Shown piece by piece: positions 8,418 through 16,952 of a DNA stretch of 43,461 nt (positions are counted from its first letter, which is position 1; every line of letters begins with the position of its first letter). The position numbers and the translations under genes are program-made. The notes beneath the pieces were generated by a model. The model saw only the letters and a list, made by a program, of their open reading frames with translations. It did no database searches and was not told where the DNA came from. The DNA comes from a virus (Duplodnaviria; Heunggongvirae; Uroviricota; Caudoviricetes), in the IMG/VR virus record IMGVR_UViG_648276647_000004, positions 1 through 43,461 of that record. The stretch is one strand, 5' to 3'.

Positions 8418-8759
8418 TCAATCGTAATAAGCTGGAATTGATTTTCCGCGTTGCTTCTGGCGACCAACACAAGTCACGCCCATTTCACTGCGTGGCTTGC
8501 GGTAGTAAATACGGCTCTGTTTACGCTCGACTTCTTCTGCCTTCCTGCAGCGAAGGCTTCCTAGTGATATTGCTTTTTCAGAAAGGCTTAAACGCTTTCT
8601 TGGGGCTTCCTGAACAGGCTCCTCACTGTCTGTGCCGAAGATAGAATCAATGATGTTACAGATAGCATCACGCTCAATAGCCAGCTTTCTGCGCCGCTCA
8701 TGACGGCGAGTTTTGGCATTTCCTGCGAATGTTGATTTCCCGTACACGATTACCGTCAT
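8418..8759 (-). CDS. N: Antitermination protein N with P22-type arginine-rich motif (113 aa)
   Basis: MTVIVYGKSTFAGNAKTRRHERRRKLAIERD... matches the P22 N ARM; C-terminus ...YRKPRSEMGVTCVGRQKQRGKSIP resembles lambda N C-terminus; GAGGAAA before ATG. Confidence 0.8.
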   Translation of the reverse strand: MTVIVYGKSTFAGNAKTRRHERRRKLAIERDAICNIIDSIFGTDSEEPVQEAPRKRLSLSEKAISLGSLRCRKAEEVERKQSRIYYRKPRSEMGVTCVGRQKQRGKSIPAYYD

Positions 8760-8878
8760 GATATTTTCCTCATGTGAAATGGCTTTGGTGGTGATGCGCC
8801 AGATGCTGATCTTCTGGTTGCTGTCGTTGCAGCTGCAATTCACATCACCGCCAAACCCATCTCGTTTGGTATCTGTTT

Positions 8879-8912
8879 GCGCTTTGTCAGCGCCCCATTG
8901 AAGTTAAAGAGC
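8879..8912 (-). promoter_or_regulatory. nutL: boxA GCTCTTTAAC and boxB hairpin GCGCT-GACAA-AGCGC (minus strand)
   Basis: boxA consensus immediately followed by a 5-bp-stem / GACAA pentaloop hairpin identical in form to P22 boxB, between pL and N. Confidence 0.75.
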
Positions 8913-8958
8913 CTGCCAATCTGTTCCGTTTGGCTACCAGCGTCCTGCTGATGTGACA

Positions 8959-8998
8959 ATAATGAACCAATAGTTCGACATTATCAAGAACTATTGGT
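8959..8998 (-). promoter_or_regulatory. pL candidate (-35 TTGATA, 17-bp spacer, -10 CATTAT) with flanking 11-bp inverted repeat
   Basis: Minus-strand hexamers at 8982-8987 and 8959-8964; ACCAATAGTTC (8966-8976) and GAACTATTGGT (8988-8998) bracket the -35. Confidence 0.5.
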
Positions 8999-9163
8999 AC
9001 GAAAATTTTGTGATTTATTAATGCTTCGAGATATGATTTTGATATATAAGGAAATTTATTTTTGTAAATGCTGCAGATTGGTCTGTAGTTGGAGGGGGGT
9101 ATTGCTGGTGAGTTGGTTCGCGGTTTACCACATTTGCGGCTATTAAATATGGGGGCGATCGTG

Positions 9164-9195
9164 AGGCAAAGAAAACCCGGCGCTGAGGCCGGGTT
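9164..9195 (-). terminator. Rho-independent terminator ending the immunity-region accessory cassette
   Basis: AACCCGGC-ctcagc-GCCGGGTT 8-bp stem followed by TTCTTTG on minus strand, directly after stop at 9199. Confidence 0.6.
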
Positions 9196-9198
9196 GTC

Positions 9199-9732
9199 TC
9201 ATTTTTTAGTTTGCTTTGGATTCGGTTTGTCTCTTCTTCCAATTATAAACACGCTAGTTAAAGCAACTAACTCAGCACCAAGAAGCCCGGTAGCCCAGCC
9301 ATAAGCCTCGTGCTGAATCATCTTGTAAGCAATTCCTGCGAAAACAAAGACAGAAGTCATCGCAAAGATCTGTCCGAGTCGATCTCGCCAAATTGCTCCC
9401 CTCTGTCCTGCTTTGTAATACTCGTGTCTGTGTTTTTGCTCAGCCTTAGCCATGTCCATTATTTCGCGAGCGAATCCTGGAGATATTCTTTCGTACTTAG
9501 CTAATTCGTCAGCGTCTGGGAGTGGCCCTGATCTAGTGTGAGTCACCTGCATCATGATGCCAGCTAGATCTGGCCTGTCCATGAGGCGCTCAAGAACTTG
9601 AGGGTTCTTTGCGACCTCATTTATAAGCAGTTCGGTTTTACCGTCTTGAACTCGCCCTAACGGAGTTGGTTGGTTAACAAGATTTCTCGGGGCGGCGGTT
9701 TGAAGCTTTCTTTGGGATTTTTTTCTGCTCAT
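9199..9732 (-). CDS. Accessory membrane protein (177 aa; soluble N-domain plus two C-terminal TM helices), possibly DUF2335-like
   Basis: C-terminal hydrophobic segments IFAMTSVFVFAGIAY and LLGAELVALTSVFIIG; located between pL and cI like lambda rexB; family assignment from memory only. Confidence 0.55.
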   Translation of the reverse strand: MSRKKSQRKLQTAAPRNLVNQPTPLGRVQDGKTELLINEVAKNPQVLERLMDRPDLAGIMMQVTHTRSGPLPDADELAKYERISPGFAREIMDMAKAEQKHRHEYYKAGQRGAIWRDRLGQIFAMTSVFVFAGIAYKMIQHEAYGWATGLLGAELVALTSVFIIGRRDKPNPKQTKK

Positions 9733-9895
9733 TATCAGTTACAGCGTCTCTAACGTAACTACCTACCTTAACCCAATCTGAGTTGATAAGGTCGATGTCT
9801 GTAGCATTTGAATGATACTCGCTGTAGCTACCTGCTGGGCAAAGGTCAAGGATAGAGCCCATAGCGCTGAAAAAGTGCTTTGCAGATTTTTTCAT
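9674..9895 (-). CDS. Hypothetical protein (73 aa), frame-offset from the downstream ORF across an A7 run
   Basis: ORF overlapping the next gene by 59 nt; both frames pass through the same homopolymer at 9721-9727. Confidence 0.45.
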   Translation of the reverse strand: MKKSAKHFFSAMGSILDLCPAGSYSEYHSNATDIDLINSDWVKVGSYVRDAVTDNEQKKIPKKASNRRPEKSC

Positions 9896-10133
9896 GTGGG
9901 GTGTCCTATATGTTGTTTACTCTAATTTGAGTAATTGAAGTTTACGCAAAACCTAGCTTTCAGCAAGCAATACAGCACAAAAAATCATGTAAATTTGCGT
10001 CTATTTTTATCTACCGGAAAAATGCTCAACAACTTTAGAGAAAAAATAGCAATACCAAATCAAACCAATTGCTGCTTCGCCTCTACCCAAACGTCTCTTC
10101 AGGCCACTGGCTATCAGCTATGTGACGATGAAG

Positions 10134-10841
10134 TCACGAACTTTTCAGCCACTCCCTTGCCTCGATGTCATCCAGATGGCGAGATTGCTTCAGAATACCA
10201 GCCACATACTCCACCTTTGCTACTTGATGATAAGGCAACGTTATTGGCCTATGGTCCTGGTTGATGCTTGTAAACTGGTATTCTCCGTCTCTGTCATAGC
10301 CAAGAACTTTGATCATGTTGTGTCCTTCAACGGTTCTGACAAACACCTCATCACCCGGGAAGACTTTGGTGTTAGGCTCAATGAGTACATATTCTCCTGA
10401 TTTTATTCTGGGCCACATGCTGTCTCCTTTCACACGAAGACCAAAGGCATCTGGATCATCGCTATAAATTTTGAGCCACCCATCGCGCTCTTCGGTCATC
10501 TCGATGGCACCATCAACACCAAGAATTGCCTCACCAACCACGCGCACTAACCCTTTTTTTAATTTGCCAACAAATGAAAGAGTATCTTCATCATTCGCTC
10601 CATTTAACGAAGTGCCGTGCTGAAGCCAAACAACATCAACGTTTAGAAATTTCGCAAGCGCATTCATTTTTTCCTGACGCGGTAAAGACTCAGCATTAAA
10701 CCATTTGCTAACGCCTTTGGACGAAAGAGAAAGGGCACGGGCTATGGCCATCCCCCTACCATGTTCATCAAGACCAGCTTCTTTACAGGCTTGCGCTAGC
10801 CGCTGGGCGAATTCTTTGCGCACTTTTTCATTCTGAACCAT
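10134..10841 (-). CDS. cI: CI-type repressor, LexA/S24 peptidase family (235 aa)
   Basis: N-terminal HTH (MVQNEKVRKEFAQRLAQACKEAGLDEHGRGMAIARALSLSSKGVSKW) plus C-terminal S24-like domain with G-D-S-M (VKGDSMWP) and a Lys (NMIKVLGY); divergent from cro. Confidence 0.85.
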   Translation of the reverse strand: MVQNEKVRKEFAQRLAQACKEAGLDEHGRGMAIARALSLSSKGVSKWFNAESLPRQEKMNALAKFLNVDVVWLQHGTSLNGANDEDTLSFVGKLKKGLVRVVGEAILGVDGAIEMTEERDGWLKIYSDDPDAFGLRVKGDSMWPRIKSGEYVLIEPNTKVFPGDEVFVRTVEGHNMIKVLGYDRDGEYQFTSINQDHRPITLPYHQVAKVEYVAGILKQSRHLDDIEAREWLKSS

Positions 10842-10860
10842 GAGTACGATACTAAAGCAC

Positions 10861-10904
10861 TTGCAAAAACTTTCAGTTCAACCATAATACGTACTGAAAG
10901 TACG
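10861..10904 (+). promoter_or_regulatory. pR candidate (-35 TTGCAA, -10 CATAAT) with overlapping 15-bp palindromic operator CGTACTGAAAGTACG
   Basis: Hexamers at 10861-10866 and 10883-10888; perfect dyad 10890-10904 over the predicted start site, 16 nt upstream of cro ATG. Confidence 0.5.
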
Positions 10905-10919
10905 AAAAAGGATATTCCT

Positions 10920-11147
10920 ATGCAAAATCTTGATGAGCCGATTAAAGGTGTCGGCATCCCTGAAGTTGCGAAGGCTTGTGGAGTTAGCGAAAGGGCTGTC
11001 TATAAGTGGCTCAAAAACGGCTTCCTCCCTAAGACTGAGTTTTTTGGGAAAACTAAATACGCATCAAAAATCGAAGAGATTTCTGGTGGCAAATATCAAG
11101 CAAGCGAAATGCTTGAAATAAGCAAAAAGAACCTTCTGGCTGCATAA
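10920..11147 (+). CDS. cro: Cro-like HTH regulator (75 aa)
   Basis: Small HTH protein (IPEVAKACGVSERAVYKWLKNG) divergently transcribed from cI. Confidence 0.8.
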   Translation: MQNLDEPIKGVGIPEVAKACGVSERAVYKWLKNGFLPKTEFFGKTKYASKIEEISGGKYQASEMLEISKKNLLAA

Positions 11148-11155
11148 GTAACACC

Positions 11156-11189
11156 GCTCTTTATCAATCTGCACCGCCGACAACGCGGT
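11156..11189 (+). promoter_or_regulatory. nutR: boxA CGCTCTTTAT and boxB hairpin CCGCC-GACAA-CGCGG
   Basis: boxA-like decamer 11156-11165 followed by GACAA-loop hairpin 11173-11189 downstream of cro, P22-type. Confidence 0.7.
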
Positions 11190-11253
11190 AACTAATTAAG
11201 CACTCATCGAAAGATGAGTATTAGTGATTATTTACCTATGGAAATAGTAAGAA

Positions 11254-11553
11254 ATGGAACAAACAAGTTACAGCAAACTATCACAGCGCGACGTTGATCG
11301 CGCAGAAACAGATTTACTCATCAACCTGTCAACGCTTACACAGCGCGGTCTGGCAAAGATGATTGGCTGTCATGAATCGAAGATAAGCAGAACGGACTGG
11401 AGATTTATTGCTTCGGTCTTGTGTGCTTTCGGAATGGCATCAGACATCAGTCCGATTAGCAGGGCTTTTAAGTATGCGCTTGATGGACTCACCAATAAAA
11501 AACGCCCGGTGTGCAAGACCGAGCGTTCTGAACAAATACAAATGGAATTTTAA
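11254..11553 (+). CDS. cII: CII transcriptional activator (99 aa)
   Basis: C-terminus ...LTNKKRPVCKTERSEQIQMEF matches lambda CII C-terminus (TNKKRPAATERSEQIQMEF); HTH in N-terminal half. Confidence 0.85.
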   Translation: MEQTSYSKLSQRDVDRAETDLLINLSTLTQRGLAKMIGCHESKISRTDWRFIASVLCAFGMASDISPISRAFKYALDGLTNKKRPVCKTERSEQIQMEF

Positions 11554-11575
11554 CAACATCCAACGAGGTAATTAT

Positions 11576-11848
11576 ATGCGAAACAAAGGCTTTAATCCAC
11601 CTGATACACACAAAGAAGCTAAGCGTTTGCGCTTCCTTCGTTCCATTGATGAAAGAACTCAAATCTCTTTTGTGAAAGTTGCCAGAACTGAGCTTCTGAA
11701 GGCTGAAGCGAGGGCGTTGCTCCCGTCTCTACCAAAAGAGGAGGGATATACGTTCATTCCAAACGCATTTCTGGAAAAGCTGCTCAAAGAAGACATATCC
11801 GTAAGTCAGTTTAACGATGTTCTTAAGGTCTTTCGTCAAGGCAGGTAG
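11576..11848 (+). CDS. Hypothetical protein (90 aa) between cII and replication genes
   Basis: ATG preceded by ACGAGGTAA; MRNKGFNPPDTHKEAKRLRFLRSIDERTQISF... Confidence 0.55.
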   Translation: MRNKGFNPPDTHKEAKRLRFLRSIDERTQISFVKVARTELLKAEARALLPSLPKEEGYTFIPNAFLEKLLKEDISVSQFNDVLKVFRQGR

Positions 11849-11850
11849 TT

Positions 11851-12798
11851 ATGAGCAATACAGCAAAAATCTACGATTTCAGCGCCGCACACGAGCGCAG
11901 GAGCAACAGGATGGAGAACCAGAAAACTGGTTACATTCCGTTGTACCGGAGCATTCTGAAACAGTCATGGGCGAAAGATGTTTATCTTCGCACCCTGTGG
12001 GAAAACCTTCTCCTGAATGCCGCCAGAAAGCCATACAAAGCGAATTTCAAAGGTCATGAATGGCATCTGCAACCCGGTCAACTGGTTGTGACAGCAGCTG
12101 ATTTAGGTCTTCAGTTATGCGACAGGCATGGCAAGCCGGCAAGCCGTGATCAGGTTGAGCGGATGCTTCAGGTTTTTGTGAAAGAGGGGATGATCACCAT
12201 TGATGGAGAGAAGCAAAAAGGTCGTGTGATCACCATCACAAATTACCATGAATATGCTCAAAAAATGGACAATTCACCCGCACATGAAGCCGCACAAACA
12301 ACCGCACATGATGCCGCACATGATGAAGCCAGTAATGGCGCGGCTTTCAGCGTACATGCCGCACATGAAAGCGCACATGAAGCCGCACAAACAACCGCAC
12401 ATCATGAACAAGAAGGTATTAACAAGAATATAAATAATACCCCCCTACCCCCTAACGGGGGCGGTGATGGGCAGGTTAAACCTGAACGTCGCAAGGCAGA
12501 ACGAATCGACTACGAATCCTTCCTGAACGCCTACAACACCGAAGTCGGTGACAGACTGCCACACGCTGTTGCGGTCAACGAGAAACGAAAACGCCGCCTG
12601 AAGAAAATCATCCCTCAACTGAAAACGCCAAACGTTGACGGTTTCAGAGCGTATGTCAGGGCGTTTGTGCATCAGGCTAAGCCGTTTTACTTCGGAGACA
12701 ACGACACGGGCTGGACGGCCGATTTTGATTACCTGCTGAGGGAAGACTCGTTAACGGGAGTTCGGGAAGGGAAGTTTGCAGACAGGGGGATTGCATGA
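11851..12798 (+). CDS. O: Replication initiator O-like protein with embedded origin iterons (315 aa)
   Basis: N-terminus [10 protein letters not shown]... resembles lambda O (MTNTAKILNF...); repetitive [10 protein letters not shown] linker encoded by iteron DNA. Confidence 0.7.
   Translation: MSNTAKIYDFSAAHERRSNRMENQKTGYIPLYRSILKQSWAKDVYLRTLWENLLLNAARKPYKANFKGHEWHLQPGQLVVTAADLGLQLCDRHGKPASRDQVERMLQVFVKEGMITIDGEKQKGRVITITNYHEYAQKMDNSPAHEAAQTTAHDAAHDEASNGAAFSVHAAHESAHEAAQTTAHHEQEGINKNINNTPLPPNGGGDGQVKPERRKAERIDYESFLNAYNTEVGDRLPHAVAVNEKRKRRLKKIIPQLKTPNVDGFRAYVRAFVHQAKPFYFGDNDTGWTADFDYLLREDSLTGVREGKFADRGIA
12278..12440. repeat. Origin-like iterons (at least six CGCACATGA-containing repeats, two 30-bp copies) followed by AT-rich tract
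   Basis: gcacatgaagccgcacaaacaaccgcacat occurs at 12281-12310 and 12371-12400; AT-rich aacaagaatataaataata at 12411-12440. Confidence 0.6.
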
Positions 12799-14171
12799 GA
12801 CAGGATATCGAAGCGAGCGTTATCGGTGGCCTGCTGATTGGTGGATTAACTCCAACCGCCAGCGACGTTCTGGCAACGCTGGAGCCGGAAGCGTTTTCAA
12901 TTCCGCTCTACCGGAAAGCCTTCGAGGTTATCCGCAAGCAGGCGCGAAACAGAAACCTAATCGACGCGCTGATGGTTGCCGAGGAGTGCGGAGAGGAGCA
13001 TTTCACGTCAATCCTGATGACCAGCAAAAACTGCCCGAGTGCCGCAAACCTGAAGGGATATGCCGGAATGGTCGCGGATAACTATCACCGCCGTCTGGTG
13101 CTGGAAATCATGGACGAAATGCGTGAACCAATTCAGAGCGGAACCATCGACGCATCGAGTCAGGCGATGGATGAACTTGTAAAGCGTCTCTCAGCCATCA
13201 GAAAGCCCCGTGACGAGGTTAAACCGGTACGGTTGGGGGAAATCATTACTGACTACACTGACACGCTTGACAGGCGTCTGAGGAACGGAGAAGAGTCAGA
13301 TACCCTGAAGACCGGAATCGAAGAACTTGATGCCATCACCGGAGGGATGAACGCGGAAGACCTGGTGATAATCGCTGCTCGTCCTGGTATGGGGAAAACC
13401 GAACTGGCTCTGAAGATTGCCGAAGGCGTTGCAAGCCGCGTTATTCCTGGTTCTGACGTCCGGCGCGGGGTATTGATTTTCTCAATGGAAATGAGCGCAT
13501 TGCAGATTGCAGAGCGAAGCATCGCCAACGCCGGGAGGATGTCGGTTAGCGTGCTGCGAAATCCTGCATCGATGGATGACGAAGGCTGGGCGCGTGTTGC
13601 TAACGGCATGAGTCAGCTTGCAGATTTGGATGTATGGGTAGTCGATGCCTCGCGGTTATCGGTCGAAGAAATACGCTCAATCGCAGAACGGCACAAACAG
13701 GAAAATCCAAACCTGTCACTCATCATGGCGGATTATCTTGGCCTGATTGAGAAGCCGAAAGCAGACCGCAACGACCTCGCAATTGCTCACATCTCAGGAA
13801 GCCTGAAGGCGATGGCGAAAGACCTGAAAACGCCTGTTATCTCCCTAAGTCAGCTTTCGCGCGATGTTGAGAAGCGACCAAACAAACGCCCGACAAACGC
13901 AGATTTGCGTGATTCAGGAAGCATTGAACAGGACGCAGACTCAATCATCATGCTCTATCGGGAAGCTGTATATGACGAGAACAGTAGCGCCGCGCCATTT
14001 GCTGAAATCATCGTGACGAAAAACCGTTTTGGCTCGCTTGGTACGGTTTACCAGCGGTTCTGTAACGGACACTTTGTTGCATGTGACCAGGATGAAGCCA
14101 GACAGATTTGCACAGCATCAAATGCACCTGCTGCGCGTGGCAGAAGATATGCACAAGGGGCTGACGTATGA
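12795..14171 (+). CDS. Replicative DNA helicase, DnaB family (458 aa)
   Basis: Walker [13 protein letters not shown], DnaB-like C-terminal RecA-fold motifs ([20 protein letters not shown]); start overlaps O stop (ATGA). Confidence 0.85.
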   Translation: MRQDIEASVIGGLLIGGLTPTASDVLATLEPEAFSIPLYRKAFEVIRKQARNRNLIDALMVAEECGEEHFTSILMTSKNCPSAANLKGYAGMVADNYHRRLVLEIMDEMREPIQSGTIDASSQAMDELVKRLSAIRKPRDEVKPVRLGEIITDYTDTLDRRLRNGEESDTLKTGIEELDAITGGMNAEDLVIIAARPGMGKTELALKIAEGVASRVIPGSDVRRGVLIFSMEMSALQIAERSIANAGRMSVSVLRNPASMDDEGWARVANGMSQLADLDVWVVDASRLSVEEIRSIAERHKQENPNLSLIMADYLGLIEKPKADRNDLAIAHISGSLKAMAKDLKTPVISLSQLSRDVEKRPNKRPTNADLRDSGSIEQDADSIIMLYREAVYDENSSAAPFAEIIVTKNRFGSLGTVYQRFCNGHFVACDQDEARQICTASNAPAARGRRYAQGADV

Positions 14172-14198
14172 CCATCTACATCACTGAGCTAATAACAG

Positions 14199-14227
14199 GG
14201 GCTATTTACACAGTAGCCCTTTTTTAT
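14199..14227 (+). terminator. Rho-independent terminator after helicase gene (tR2-equivalent position)
   Basis: GGGCTA-tttacacag-TAGCCC followed by TTTTTTATT. Confidence 0.55.
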
Positions 14228-14252
14228 TGGATTAAGAACGAGGGGGATCCTG

Positions 14253-14465
14253 ATGGACACCGTTAACGGAATGTGTTCAGACGCACCGCGTGCCAAAAAA
14301 TGTAAATGCGGAAAATCACCGACAATATTAGACATGGAGAACGGGTGCCAAATCTACTGCGCTAACCACGCCGCTGTGGCGGCCGCGAATTATCGCAGTG
14401 CGGTAACGGAGTGGAATAACCTGAAATCTGTTAGAGAGGGAAGTCATGAAAAAACTAACCTTTGA
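14253..14465 (+). CDS. Hypothetical Cys-rich protein (70 aa)
   Basis: GGGGGA RBS before ATG; CKCGK...C..C pattern. Confidence 0.5.
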   Translation: MDTVNGMCSDAPRAKKCKCGKSPTILDMENGCQIYCANHAAVAAANYRSAVTEWNNLKSVREGSHEKTNL

Positions 14466-14886
14466 AATTCGATCTCCAGCACATCAGCAAAACGCTATTC
14501 ACGCAGTACAGCAAATCCTTCCAGACCCAACCAAACCAATCGTAGTAACCATTCAGGAACGCAACCGCAGCTTAGACCAAAATCGGAAGCTTTGGGCTTG
14601 CCTTGGTGACGTTTCGCGTCAGGTTGAATGGCATGGTCGATGGCTGGATGCAGAAAGCTGGAAGTGCGTTTTTACAGCAGCATTAAAGCAGCAGGACGTT
14701 GTTCCTAACCTTGCCGGGAATGGCTTTGTGGTAATAGGCCAGTCAACCAGCAGGATGCGTGTAAGCGAATTTGCGGAGCTATTAGAGCTTATACAGGCAT
14801 TTGGTACAGAGCATGGCGTTAAGTGGTCAGACGAAGCGCGACTGGCTCTGGAGTGGAAAGCGCGATGGGGAGATCGGGCTGCATGA
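14446..14886 (+). CDS. ninB: NinB (Orf-family recombination protein), 146 aa
   Basis: MKKLTFEIRSPAHQQNAIHAVQQILPDPTKPIVVTIQERNRSLDQNRKLWACLGDV... near-identical to lambda NinB. Confidence 0.9.
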   Translation: MKKLTFEIRSPAHQQNAIHAVQQILPDPTKPIVVTIQERNRSLDQNRKLWACLGDVSRQVEWHGRWLDAESWKCVFTAALKQQDVVPNLAGNGFVVIGQSTSRMRVSEFAELLELIQAFGTEHGVKWSDEARLALEWKARWGDRAA

Positions 14887-15410
14887 CTATCAAATCAAAT
14901 ACGCCAGCACACGACAAGGACTGCTGGCAAACGCCGCTTTGGCTTTTTGATGCACTGGATATTGAGTTTGGATTCTGGCTGGATTCGGCAGCGAGCGACA
15001 AAAATGCTCTGTGTGCTCACTGGCTAACTGAGGCCGACGACGCGCTCAATTCTGAGTGGGTAAGCCACGGTGCAATCTGGAATAACCCACCGTACAGCAA
15101 TATCAGGCCGTGGGTGGAAAAAGCCGCTGAGCAGTGCATACAACAGCGCCAGACGGTAGTGATGCTTGTGCCAGAGGATATGTCTGTCGGATGGTTCAGC
15201 AAGGCTCTGGAGAGTGTCGACGAAGTTCGCATCATCACTGATGGACGGATTAATTTTATCGAACCATCGACAGGGCTGGAGAAGAAGGGAAACAGCAAAG
15301 GCTCCATGCTGCTGATTTGGCGACCGTTCATCAGTCCTCGACGGATGTTTACTACCGTATCCAAAGCGGCATTGATGGCGATCGGGCAGGGCGTCAGGAG
15401 GGCGGCATGA
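14883..15410 (+). CDS. Phage N6-adenine DNA methyltransferase (Dam-like), 175 aa
   Basis: NPPY motif ([10 protein letters not shown]); ATG overlaps ninB stop. Confidence 0.75.
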   Translation: MTIKSNTPAHDKDCWQTPLWLFDALDIEFGFWLDSAASDKNALCAHWLTEADDALNSEWVSHGAIWNNPPYSNIRPWVEKAAEQCIQQRQTVVMLVPEDMSVGWFSKALESVDEVRIITDGRINFIEPSTGLEKKGNSKGSMLLIWRPFISPRRMFTTVSKAALMAIGQGVRRAA

Positions 15411-15589
15411 GACGACAGCGACGAAGTATCACCGACATCATCTGCGAAAACTGCAAATACCTTCCAACGAAACGCTCCAGAAATAAACGCAAGCCAATCC
15501 CAAAAGAATCTGACGTAAAAACCTTCAATTACACGGCTCACCTGTGGGATATCCGGTGGCTTAGAGAACGTGCGAGGAAAACAAGGTGA
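15407..15589 (+). CDS. ninE: NinE (60 aa)
   Basis: [60 protein letters not shown] matches lambda NinE. Confidence 0.85.
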   Translation: MRRQRRSITDIICENCKYLPTKRSRNKRKPIPKESDVKTFNYTAHLWDIRWLRERARKTR

Positions 15590-16295
15590 TTGACCCAAAT
15601 CGAAGTTACGAACAAGGAAGTGTCGAGCGAGCTTTAACGTGCGCTAACTGCGGTCAGAAGCTGCATGTGCTGGAAGTTCACGTGTGTGAGCGTTGTATAT
15701 ATGAATGCTTAAATATGGTGGAACATAATGAGAAATATAAGCAACATAGACGAATTAAGAAATAAATTATCATATGATGATGTTTTAGGTGTACTTAGAT
15801 GGAAAGTGTCTCCTTCTAATAATGTTAAGGTTGGCAGTGTTGCTGGTTACATTAGGAGTGATGGTTATAGGATGTTAACTATCGATGGTGTAATTACTTA
15901 TGCTCACCACGTTATATGGATGATAAATAATGGTGAGATTCCATTAGGGTATAAAATTGATCATATAAATGGAGTAAGGTCAGATAATAGGCTATCTAAT
16001 CTTCGATTGGTTACACACCAACAGAATGCACAGAACCAAAAGAGAAAAATAACCAATTCGTCAGGAGTGACTGGAGTATATTTCAATAAAGAGAGATGCA
16101 AGTGGATTGCGAATATATGCGTAGATGGGCGCACCAAATATCTTGGAATATTTGCTAGCATCATTGACGCTATTGCAGAAAGGAAGAGGGCAGAAAAAGA
16201 ACTGGGTTTTCATGAAAACCATGGCAGACCATAACTGCGCAGAACTGATGAGCGATCCGAATAGCTCAATGTACGAGGAAGAAGACGATGGCTAA
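15586..16295 (+). pseudogene. ninF: ninF interrupted by a ~545-bp insertion (5' part 15586-15691 in frame; 3' part 16236-16295 encoding [19 protein letters not shown])
   Basis: N-terminal [35 protein letters not shown] and C-terminal [19 protein letters not shown] match lambda NinF but are in different frames, separated by the HNH gene. Confidence 0.7.
15728..16234 (+). CDS. HNH homing endonuclease with AP2-type DNA-binding domain (168 aa)
   Basis: HNH_3-like core (GYKIDHINGVRSDNRLSNLRLVTHQQN) followed by AP2-like SSGVTGVYFNKERCKWIANICVDGRTKYLGIF; AT-rich relative to flanks. Confidence 0.75.
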   Translation: MRNISNIDELRNKLSYDDVLGVLRWKVSPSNNVKVGSVAGYIRSDGYRMLTIDGVITYAHHVIWMINNGEIPLGYKIDHINGVRSDNRLSNLRLVTHQQNAQNQKRKITNSSGVTGVYFNKERCKWIANICVDGRTKYLGIFASIIDAIAERKRAEKELGFHENHGRP

Positions 16296-16899
16296 ACCAG
16301 CGCGAAGACGATGTAAAAACGATGAATGTCGGGAATGGTTTCACCCTGCATTCGCTAATCAGTGGTGGTGCTCTCCAGAGTGTGGAACCAAGATAGCACT
16401 CGAACGACGAAGTAAAGAACGCGAAAAAGCGGAAAAAGCAGCAGAGAAGAAACGACGACGAGAGGAGCAGAAACAGAAAGATAAACTTAAGATTAGAAAA
16501 CTCGCCTTAAAGCCCCGCAGTTACTGGATTAAACAAGCCCAACAAGCCGTAAACGCCTTCATCAGAGAAAGAGACCGCGACTTACCATGTATCTCTTGCG
16601 GAACGCTCACGTCTGCTCAGTGGGATGCCGGACATTACCGGACAACTGCTGCGGCACCTCAACTCCGATTTGATGAACGCAATATTCACAAGCAATGCGT
16701 GGTGTGCAACCAGCACAAAAGCGGAAATCTCGTTCCGTATCGCGTCGAACTGATTAGCCGCATCGGGCAGGAAGCAGTAGACGAAATCGAATCAAACCAT
16801 AACCGCCATCGCTGGACTGTCGAAGAGTGCAGGGCCATCAAGGCGGAGTATCAGCAGAAACTCAAAGACCTGCGAAACAGCAGAAGTGAGGCCGCATGA
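16288..16899 (+). CDS. ninG: NinG/Rap recombination endonuclease (203 aa)
   Basis: [41 protein letters not shown]... near-identical to lambda NinG. Confidence 0.9.
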
Positions 16900-16952
16900 C
16901 GTTCTCAGTAAAAACCATTCCAGATCACAAGGGAGAAGGCGCATGGGCATAA
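16896..16952 (+). pseudogene. ninH: ninH remnant (first 10 codons [10 protein letters not shown] then divergence and stop)
   Basis: Lambda NinH N-terminus retained; 18-codon ORF overlapping Q start marks a recombination joint. Confidence 0.5.

Noticed and set aside
9018..9242. 74-aa minus-strand ORF across the pL region
   Set aside because: Runs through the predicted pL promoter and a strong terminator hairpin; low-complexity translation; more likely non-coding regulatory DNA.
12248..12433. 61-aa His/Met/Pro-rich ORF ([22 protein letters not shown]...)
   Set aside because: Produced by the iteron repeats read in an alternative frame inside the O-like gene; low-complexity artefact.
13253..13609. 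118-aa minus-strand ORF inside the DnaB-like helicase gene
   Set aside because: Shadow ORF antisense to a gene with clear Walker motifs.
15017..15598. 193-aa minus-strand ORF spanning the dam-like methylase and ninE region
   Set aside because: Antisense shadow of two well-supported plus-strand genes (NinE is near-identical to lambda); no RBS and no operon context.
15692..16235. Group I or group II intron carrying the HNH gene
   Set aside because: Only about 40 bp of the insert is non-coding, far too little for an intron ribozyme core; interpreted as a free-standing endonuclease insertion.
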